Positions 25,696 through 33,138 of a stretch of DNA of 36,833 nt are shown here, one piece after another (the stretch's first letter is position 1; each line of letters opens with the position of its first letter). Source of the DNA: Actinomycetota bacterium (lineage in GTDB: Bacteria; Actinomycetota; Actinomycetes; S36-B12; UBA10799); assembly GCA_030837445.1 (NCBI GenBank), contig JAUPKM010000075.1:1-36833 (forward strand), in the 5' to 3' direction. The notes under the pieces are model-generated. The model was not told the DNA's origin, did no database searches, and saw nothing but the letters and a program-made list of their open reading frames with translations. The position numbers and the translations under genes were made by a program.

Positions 25696-27534
25696 ATGGC
25701 GCTCGAAACGCTCAACCGGACCAACATTCAGGCGCTATGGCGGTACATGCCCGGACAGCCGTACAACTTCGGCACGAAGGCAGCCGTCGTCGGCGAACCG
25801 CCGCGGCAAACCAGTCCGCTCGGCATCCCGGAGGGATGGGTGGAGGTGCAGCTTCGCCGTCTGATCCGCCCATTTGCCGAGGCCTCGTCGAACATACCGA
25901 ACAGCGGCCCAGAGCTCGACATCGTCGACCGGCGCCAGTATGAGCTGGTCCGTGCCGACGATCTACGCGCCGCCCGGTTCCCTAACACATACCTGTGCGC
26001 CGACTGTGGCGCGTTCCGGACTGCCCGCGCCAGCGACCGGGTTCCCGACTGCGCTACGCACGGGCCGATGGAGCAGTTCACGTTCGTCGAGATCCACGAG
26101 TGCGGACATCTCGGCCAGCTGCGGCCGCCGCAGTGCGCGAACAACTGCAGAGCAGCGATGCGGCTATTCAATACGAAGTCGTTCAACACCGGCCGCTGGT
26201 ACTGGTCCTGCTCGCGGTGCGGCACTCGCTCCGAACGGCCAATCGCCCAGTGGTGCGAATGCCGGCACGGAAAGGTAACCGTCACCCGGGTCCCGCAGAC
26301 CTCGGCGTACTACCCGCAGCAAATCACCGTGATCAACCCGCCGACCCGGGAGACGTACGCGGCGCTCACGCACGAGCACACCCACGCTGCAGCGCTCGCC
26401 CAGGCGCTCGGGATCCTGCCGCCCGGCCTGGACGGGCTGCGGACCGCGGCTGGCGGCGTGTCCAACGACGCGGTCGCCCAGTTCGAGGCGCTCGCCGCGA
26501 CGCTCGGCTGGAAGCCCGGCAACCCGCTACACGACGCTGGCCTGGCCGACGCTCAGGCCAAGGTTGGCAGCACTCCGGTGTGGCGAGACGACGTCGACGC
26601 GCTCGGGCTGGAGCCGGAGCGGCTGGACCTCCTCGGCGAGGAATGCCTGCAGCTATCGCTCGCCCGGTCGGCGAACGCGATGAGCGTCGAGGACCTGCTC
26701 GCCGAAGCCGGCGGCGGGCCGCTCGCGGCGGCGTACGGCACGTACCGGGCACTGTTCGACCGGTACGGGCTGGCGGATGTGACGCTGCTGCGACAACTGC
26801 CGGTCGCATTCCTTGTCGCTGGATACACCCGTGTCTCGCCGCGGGCGAGTACGGTGAACCGGCGCGGTGACACCGTCACTACCCGGTTCCGGTTCTTCCC
26901 AGGCACCCGCAACGGTAAGTTTCCCATGTACGGGGTGCGGACCGAGACCGAAGGACTGCTATTTCGGATCGATCCGCTGAAGATCGTGACCTGGCTGGTC
27001 GATTCCGGCATCGTCGACGACCCCGGGGCGACCGACTTCGCGGCCGCGCAACGCTGGTTGCTCACCGTGTGCGACCCGGTTACTGACCTGTTTACCGCGC
27101 CGGAGAACCGGATCAGCCGTGCGGTGCTCGGGCTGACGCACTCGTTCGCGCACCGTGCGATGAAGGCGCTCGCTGCTCGGTGCGGGCTGAACGTCGACTC
27201 TCTGGCCGAGTTCCTGTTCCCAGCCAATGGGGCTTTCCTCATCTACGCCAACACCCGTAGCGAGTTCATCCTCGGTGGGTTGGAGCACGTGTTCCGGTTC
27301 GACCTGTTCGACGCTCTGACCGAGTTGGCTGCGGAGTCGCGATGCGTGTTCGATCCGCCGTGCCGGCAAGCGTTCGGCGGGGCGTGCGCGGCGTGTCTGT
27401 ACGTGTCGGAGATGGCGTGCGCTCGGTTCAACACGGTCTTGGATCGAAACCTGCTGTTCGGGACGATGCCACCGGTCGGCGGTGCGGCGCTGGGCCCGGA
27501 AGCGGCCGCGTGGCGCGGTTTCTGGACACCCTGA
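25696..27534 (+). CDS. DrmB-like DUF1998 (MrfA-type Zn-binding) domain protein
   Basis: I prefer the ATG at 25696, 8 nt after AAGGAGA, over the GTG at 25663. The C-terminus CVFDPPCRQAFGGACAACLYVSEMACARFNTVLDRN (27343-27450) is the four-Cys DUF1998 signature as I recall it. The N-terminal third holds further zinc-ribbon-like pairs (CADCG...C..H, CSRCG...CEC). Confidence 0.8.
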   Translation: MALETLNRTNIQALWRYMPGQPYNFGTKAAVVGEPPRQTSPLGIPEGWVEVQLRRLIRPFAEASSNIPNSGPELDIVDRRQYELVRADDLRAARFPNTYLCADCGAFRTARASDRVPDCATHGPMEQFTFVEIHECGHLGQLRPPQCANNCRAAMRLFNTKSFNTGRWYWSCSRCGTRSERPIAQWCECRHGKVTVTRVPQTSAYYPQQITVINPPTRETYAALTHEHTHAAALAQALGILPPGLDGLRTAAGGVSNDAVAQFEALAATLGWKPGNPLHDAGLADAQAKVGSTPVWRDDVDALGLEPERLDLLGEECLQLSLARSANAMSVEDLLAEAGGGPLAAAYGTYRALFDRYGLADVTLLRQLPVAFLVAGYTRVSPRASTVNRRGDTVTTRFRFFPGTRNGKFPMYGVRTETEGLLFRIDPLKIVTWLVDSGIVDDPGATDFAAAQRWLLTVCDPVTDLFTAPENRISRAVLGLTHSFAHRAMKALAARCGLNVDSLAEFLFPANGAFLIYANTRSEFILGGLEHVFRFDLFDALTELAAESRCVFDPPCRQAFGGACAACLYVSEMACARFNTVLDRNLLFGTMPPVGGAALGPEAAAWRGFWTP

Positions 27535-27617
27535 CTCCTCCGCTGTCCGGGCTGCTCATACAGGCCGGTGACCCGGTTGCGGTCGCGCACGGGCTGGCCA
27601 CCTCCGCCGCGGCCAGC

Positions 27618-27684
27618 GCGTCATGAGTGTCAAGTACCGGGTTATATGGAGACCATCAAACCCGGTACTTGACACTCATGACGC
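27618..27684. repeat. Perfect 26-bp inverted repeat with a 15-nt spacer
   Basis: GCGTCATGAGTGTCAAGTACCGGGTT (27618-27643) is the exact reverse complement of 27659-27684. The spacer is ATATGGAGACCATCA. It lies 84 bp after the DUF1998 gene stop and 120 bp before the ISL3 end. There is no U-tract, and the arms are less GC-rich than the surroundings. Confidence 0.9.
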
Positions 27685-27852
27685 ACTGCGGGGGTCCGAC
27701 ATCCGCTGGATCCTGGTGTGGGGGAGAAATCGTGACAGTTCCGCCCACCCAGCGCATCCCGCACCGCGGGCAGACCATCCGACACGTGTCCGAGCCGTCG
27801 ACGAATTCGGTTCTGGCGCTGATCTTGTGGTGCGGTGGGACGAGGCTTGGGG

Positions 27853-29438
27853 TCATGCGAGTAAGACGCGCTTGGGGAGGAGGTCGAAGTTGGCCCTGCC
27901 GTAAATGTGCCGCTTGAAGGTCTTGATCTTGTTGATGGTGCCTTCGACGGCGCCGGAGTTGTAGGTGAGGGTCAGGCCGTTGATGACGGCGGTGAGGTCG
28001 TTGCGTAAGTGCGTGGTGAAGGAGCTGAGCGGGGTGAGGGTGTCGGCCTCGACCGCGGTGATCCAGTCCGGCACGTGCTGTCCTTCCAAGCGGGTCATCA
28101 TGCGCGCGAAGCCGGTGACGTGCTCGGCCAGCCTGGTCAAGGTCGGGGCTGCGTTCCAGGCCTGGCTTCCAGGCAGGCTCGGTCCTCGGGAGCCAGGCGG
28201 TCGGGGCGGGTCATCAGCCAGCGGCTGGTCTGTCGGATCGTCGGTACCGTCGCCCCGGGCGGCGGCGCGCACAGCGCGCCGGGGAAGCGGTGCAGGTAGC
28301 GGGTGATCGTCTGGACCGAGCCGGTGTGCCCCTGCCCGCAGATCTCGCGGGTGAGAGCGGCGGTGCTGGTGATGCCCTCGTTCCACCGCCGGTGCAGGTG
28401 CTCCTTGAACTCGTCCAGCGTGCTGTGCCGCTCCAGCGTCGGTGCGAGGACCTCCTGGACGGTCGTGGCGTTCGCGAAGCGCCGCACGGTCTGGATGTCC
28501 AGGTTCAGCGACCGCGCCACCTCGTTGCGGCTGGCACCCGCGTCCAGGAGCGCGTGGATCTGGCGGTACCGCTCCCGGGTCCGTACCAGGATCGCCTTCT
28601 CCGGCACCGTGTTCACCACCTCCGGGACGACGCCACCGGCGTGTGCGACGGCAGCATCACCCGCAGCAGCATCACGGGCAGCAGCCTGCGCAGGCGCCGG
28701 CGAGGGTCCCTCGTCCCCGTCGGTGCTCAGTGTCGACAGGGTGACGTCAGGCGGCGTGTCCCGCAGCGCGGCGCGATGTGCGGTGACGGTCTTGGCGACG
28801 GCTTCGCCGAGGTTGGCCCACAGGTGGTACCGGTCGGCTACCTGGACCGCCTCGGGTGCGCCGCTCGTGGCGCCCGCGGCGTACTGGCCGGTGCGGTCCC
28901 GGCAGATCACGCCGATGCCGGGGTGCGCCGTCAGCCACTGCGCGAACGGTTCGGCGGGGCGCCCAGGCAGCAGGTCGACCGGCCGGTGGGAGTCCATGTC
29001 GACCAGCACCGTGCCGTAGTCGGGGCTCCGTCGCAGGGCGAAGTCATCGACCCCCAGAACCGCGAGCGGACCCTGGGCAGGATCGGGCAGCGCCCGGACC
29101 CGTCGCAGGAGGGCGTCGCGCCCGACGGTCATTCCCAGGCGTGCGGCGAGCCGGGCTCCGGCGCGGCCGGCCAGGGCCAGCCCGATCGCCTCGATCATCT
29201 CCACCGCCAACGGCGTGAAGCGCGCGTGTGGCCTGGTCAGTCCGGGAATCTGCTCGGCGAATGTCACCGTCGCGCAGCCCGGGTCCGGGCAACGCCAGCG
29301 CCGCACCACCACCTCCAGCAGCAGCGGCCTACCAGCCACCGCAGCGTCGGTCAGACACCGCCGGTACGTCCCGTGGACGGTTGTTGATGTCGTCCCGCAT
29401 CGCGGGCAATCGCCTGCCCGGGCCCGACCGCGAACCAC
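27853..29438 (-). pseudogene. ISL3-family transposase, split by a frameshift
   Basis: The N-terminal ORF (28137-29438) has the zf-ISL3 motif DCPRCGTTSTTVHGTYRRCLTD and a DDE region (LGVDDFALRR..., VICRDR, VADRYHLWAN). The C-terminal ORF (27853-28386) has NSGAVEGTINKIKTFKRHIYGRANFDLLPKRVLL. The frames must join near 28155-28175, where GCCTGGAAGCCAGGCCTGGAA is partly repeated. Confidence 0.8.
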
Positions 29439-29474
29439 CAGGCGTAACCGCGAACCACCAGGTGTAACCGCGAG
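29428..29474 (+). repeat. 20-bp tandem repeat (2.3 units) at the transposase start
   Basis: CCGCGAACCACCAGGCGTAA, then CCGCGAACCACCAGGTGTAA, then the partial unit CCGCGAG. The first unit contains the GTG start codon region of the transposase on the opposite strand. Confidence 0.8.
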
Positions 29475-29914
29475 CCCAGGCTCTCGATCTCGTCGACGAC
29501 GACACCAGCCAGATGCGGGAGCAGGACCTCAAGATCTGAACGATCACACAGACGAGATCAAAACCAACTCCGGACCCGAACCACCGCAGACACGCCCAAG
29601 CCACCCCAGATCACAAGATCAGCGCCAGAACCGAATCTCGTGATGCTCGACATCCGGAAGGTATCGCCCCTCACCGATGACACGTACTCCCTCAGTTCGG
29701 CCACGAGGATGCACCCGCGGACCCGTCCATGGAGAGACGGTCACGACCATCCCAGCCCACCCCTCCCTGCCCGGCGCTCGCTCCCCCACCAGGCCGAGCT
29801 CGCCACCATGGGGTGTTCTCAACTGTTCGACTCGACCGATCCACGACAATCGTGATCAACTAAACCCGCAGGTCGATGCCTTGCACCGGCATGGGTATTC
29901 GATTGTTTACGCCT

Positions 29915-30176
29915 CTCGGACACACTTGGAACCAGCCCCTGAACAGCGGAAACGCGGTAGGGGCTGGTTCGTTTTGTTCCCTGTGGGATCACCTGTGGGA
30001 TCACGTCCCTGTCGTGGCAGAGGTCCTGACGACGTTCGGTGGCAGGCAACCCGGGACGCGAGGGGTCGCGGGTCTGCGGCCGACAGGCGGGAGTGTCGTG
30101 ATGGCGCAGTGGGTGTACCGAGCTCGTACCGATGGTGGGCAGAGCATTCAGATCAAGTGGCGGATGGCGGGGCGCT
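29915..30176 (+). repeat. Copy C of the tRNA-Leu 3'-end/downstream-flank repeat
   Basis: It starts with CTCGGACAC, the last 9 nt of the tRNA. It includes an intact copy of the terminator hairpin (29929-29978) and the tandem 12-mer CTGTGGGATCAC x2 (29981-30004). It matches copy A to its distal end. Its last ~24 nt encode the final codons and stop of the M4 peptidase gene on the other strand. Confidence 0.85.
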
Positions 30177-31798
30177 GCCGCAGGTCGGCTCGTCCGATCG
30201 TGCGGGGACGGTGACCGCATCCCAGGTGGCCTTCACCGTGGCGTACGTCGCGCAGTCCCCGGGGTGGAGGTTCCTGGCCGCGGCGAGGGTCGCGGACCGC
30301 AGATCGGAGTATCCCCAGGTTGAGGTCTTGGTCAGCAGCGCGTTGTAGAGGATCTCCCCGGTCTCGCGGATCCCGATCCCGGCGACGGTCGATCCGTTGC
30401 AGGTCGGGCTGTGCGGCTCGCCACCGGACGGATCCGACCCTTCGGCCAACAGGTAGAACCAGTGGCCGCCGTACCCGGGGATCTCACTACGGCCGCCGGC
30501 CGTCTGCCGGGGCGGATAGCAGTCCGCGAACCCGTCGACCAGTGACGGCTGATACATGATCCGGATCGGCCCCTTGTCGCCCAGGGACACCGTCTCGCCG
30601 ATCGTGTAGTCCGGCGGATCCTTCGGGTTGTTCGCGAACGCTTCGGTCATGACCGCGAACATGTCGGCGACCTCCTCGTTGAGGATGCCGTTCTCACGGT
30701 CTCTCGCGCTTCCGGAACTGCCGGGCGTGTACTCGAAGACGGCGTGACCGAACTCGTGACCGACCACGTCGATGGCGGCGAGCTGGCGGGTTCCGGTCGC
30801 GGTCGTCGTCTTGCCGTACCGGCTCAGGCGGGGAGTCCAGACCGCGCTCTCGTCCGGGAGCCCCACCTGGATCGGGGTGGCGTGCCCGTACCCGTCGAAT
30901 CCGTCTCGGCCGAACCACCCGGCGAGCATGTCCCACTCGCGCTGGGCGCCGTACATCAGGTCGACACAGGCGGCGACGAGGTCGTCGCCTCGGCCGGTGC
31001 CCCACGTGTTGACCGGGCCGGTGTAGAGCTGCCCGTCCGGCCCGGCCCGGCGCAGCTCAGCCCCGGCCGGGTCGGGTCGGCCAGCCGGAAGGCATCGCCG
31101 GAACTCGCCGTAGTGATCTTCACGGTGCCGCCCTCGGAGGTGGCGATGAGGCCACCGGTCGTCGCGTCGACGTAGACCTGCTGCTCCACCGGGATCCCGC
31201 TCATCTGCTCCGTCACGATGATCTCCCAGGCCAGTACCGGGGACTGAGGCCAGGCGAGGATCGCGAGGCGAGGTGACGAGGTCGCGGACACCGGCCCGTA
31301 GGTCGTGTCGCTTCGGGCTGTCGTGACGGCGTCCTGGGCGGACCTCAGCGGTCGGGTGGTCGTGGTGGTGAGCGGCCGCTTCTGAGCCGCCGAGACACCG
31401 GTCACCGTGTTCCCGGGGGCGACGGTCACCACGGCGTCGCCGCCGACGACCGGCAGTCCTCGGTAGGTCCGCTCGTAGACGACGTAGGTCATGCCCCGGG
31501 TCCCGGAGAGCACGCCGCCGCGGACGAGCACGTCGTCGTCACCCTTGTGGACGGCGGCTGGATGGCTCGCCAGGTACGCGTCGGCGGCCTTTCCTGCGGA
31601 GACGGGGTCGTGGGCCGGCCCGGGAGCGGGCGGCGCGGACGGCTGATCCGCCGACGAGGCCCAGGACGGCGCGCAGGTCCCGGTGACGAGCACTCCGGCG
31701 ACGACCAGGGCCGTCACCGGACGGGCGCGATGTCGACGTCGTCCGGCGGCCTGGACCCGGTAACGTCGTGGGGCGTCTTCCGAAGGGTGAGAGGGCAC
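30153..31798 (-). pseudogene. Secreted M4 (thermolysin-like) metallopeptidase, frameshifted
   Basis: The N-terminal ORF (30956-31798) has a signal-peptide-like start and a propeptide/N-domain. The C-terminal ORF (30153-30956) has VVGHEFGHAV (HExxH) and GILNEEVADMF (the E of the third zinc ligand). A third reading, ...PDGQLYTGPVNTWGTGRGDDLVAACVDLMYGAQ, bridges them. The frame switch is inside CCGGGCCGGGCCGG at about 31038-31052. Confidence 0.8.
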
Positions 31799-32038
31799 GT
31801 CCGGCAGCCTAAAGACGATCTCCGGACACGGTCATCGGTCGCCGGACATACGTCTGCAGGACCCCAGCGCACGCCCCGGCCCGGCACCGATGCCAGTTGA
31901 CCGCCGGGGACCGGATGCTCCTGGCCGACACCCCGGTGGGAGGTGGCGACGGTCACCGCGTACGTGACCGTCGTCGCCCGGTCCATGGTCGCGCTATCGT
32001 CGCTGAAGGAGCTGGACATCGTGGAGGTGGGATCAGCC

Positions 32039-32395
32039 ATGGACAGGGCACATCGTGCGGCCGCGCCGCAGGGATCCCGTTACCAGGACCAACGCCGGTA
32101 CGTCGTCGCGGCCAGCCTGGCGGACCTTCACGGCCCCACCCAGGGGGTGGTCCGGCTGGAGCGGGCACTGGATTGGTCGGCCGACCCTCAGTACGACCTG
32201 GAGAATCCGGGCGACCTCGCGGTCATGTACCAGACGGTCCTGAACCAGGCCAGCACTCCCGCGCAGCTGCGCCGCTGGCTCGACGGCGACACCCTATGCC
32301 GGATCTGGCCGACCCTATGGCTGCCTCCACGGGTCCGGGCAGCGTGGGAGACGACCTTCCCTGACCTGACCGGTCCCACCGTGCTGGCCGGTTGA
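32039..32395 (+). CDS. AbiEi-like small antitoxin partner of the nucleotidyltransferase toxin
   Basis: ATG at 32039, about 10 nt after GGAGGTGG. It sits directly upstream of the NTase gene, and its stop shares one nt with that gene's ATG. A deleted paralogue lies at 4380-4532. The function is inferred from position. Confidence 0.6.
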   Translation: MDRAHRAAAPQGSRYQDQRRYVVAASLADLHGPTQGVVRLERALDWSADPQYDLENPGDLAVMYQTVLNQASTPAQLRRWLDGDTLCRIWPTLWLPPRVRAAWETTFPDLTGPTVLAG

Positions 32396-33042
32396 TGGAC
32401 CCCACACATCGTCGCCTGGCCCAGATCGGGTTGCAGGCCGCCGCACGGTTCGGGTTCGCCCTCGCAGGCGGATACGCCGTCCAGGAGCACGGCCTCATCC
32501 AGCGGCTTAGCGAGGACGTCGACCTGTTCACCGGCTGGGACCGCCGCACCGAGTTCGGCGAAGCCGTCCGGGCCGTGGTCGACTCATACTGCGAGCACGG
32601 GTACGGGGTGGACATCGTCGAGCAGTTCGACACCTTCGCCCGCTTGGCGGTGCGCGACGCCGATCAACCCGATCGGCCGTTCAAGGTCGAACTCGCGGCG
32701 AACTGGCGAGCCCAATCCCCGGTAATGATGGATATCGGGCCGGTCCTGCACGCCGACGACGTCGTGGCCGGCAAGATGTCCGCTCTCTACACCCGCGCCG
32801 AACCACGCGACTTCCTGGACGTCGACGCAGCCATCACCACCGGCCGGTACTCACCCGAGCAACTCTGCGACCTCGCCGAACAGGCCGACACCGGCTTCGA
32901 CCGCCACGTACTGGCCGAGGTCTTCGCCCTACTTCAGCGTTATCCCGACCGAAGGTTTACCGCCTACGGACGGACCCCGGAGGACATAGAAGCACTGCGT
33001 TCACGCTTCGCCACCTGGCGCGCCGCGCTGCTGGCCCCCTGA
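32395..33042 (+). CDS. AbiEii/AbiGii-family nucleotidyltransferase toxin
   Basis: FALAGGYAVQEHGLIQRLSEDVDLF is the pol-beta-type NTase G-G...D-x-D motif. It is followed by AGKMSALYTRAEPRDFLDV, typical of this family. About 215 aa. Confidence 0.8.
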   Translation: MDPTHRRLAQIGLQAAARFGFALAGGYAVQEHGLIQRLSEDVDLFTGWDRRTEFGEAVRAVVDSYCEHGYGVDIVEQFDTFARLAVRDADQPDRPFKVELAANWRAQSPVMMDIGPVLHADDVVAGKMSALYTRAEPRDFLDVDAAITTGRYSPEQLCDLAEQADTGFDRHVLAEVFALLQRYPDRRFTAYGRTPEDIEALRSRFATWRAALLAP

Positions 33043-33138
33043 GGTCTGAGATGGTGGGCTGCGTCTGAGTTCGTGGCAGAGATCTCGGCCTGGATCAGAC
33101 ATCATCGCGCGAGCCACCATCCGACTAGGAGAGATGAC

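Larger units (their letters stand above)
27805..29636 (-). mobile_element. ISL3-family insertion sequence (about 1.83 kb)
   Basis: Perfect 25-bp terminal inverted repeats: ATTCGGTTCTGGCGCTGATCTTGTG at 27805-27829 and its reverse complement at 29612-29636. Imperfect similarity continues inward. They enclose an ISL3-type transposase. The 8-bp flanks (GTCGACGA / CTCGTGAT) differ, so no target-site duplication is visible. Confidence 0.8.

Noticed and set aside
27623-27917. Small ORFs (93-96 aa on the plus strand, 66 aa on the minus strand) spanning the 26-bp palindrome and the IS end
   Set aside because: They run through the inverted repeat and the IS terminal repeat, lack codon bias and lack ribosome-binding sites. 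The CPRCG-like string on the minus strand is too short to call an IS remnant.
28290-29387. 365-aa plus-strand ORF inside the IS element
   Set aside because: It is antisense to the ISL3 transposase and has low-complexity Arg/Gly/Pro composition.
29637-29914. Searched for an integrase or excisionase next to repeat copy C (e.g. the 76-aa minus ORF 29619-29849), and elsewhere in the window
   Set aside because: No tyrosine-recombinase (R..H-x-x-R..Y) or serine-recombinase motif appears in any frame. The 76-aa ORF starts in unique DNA and ends inside the IS terminal repeat.
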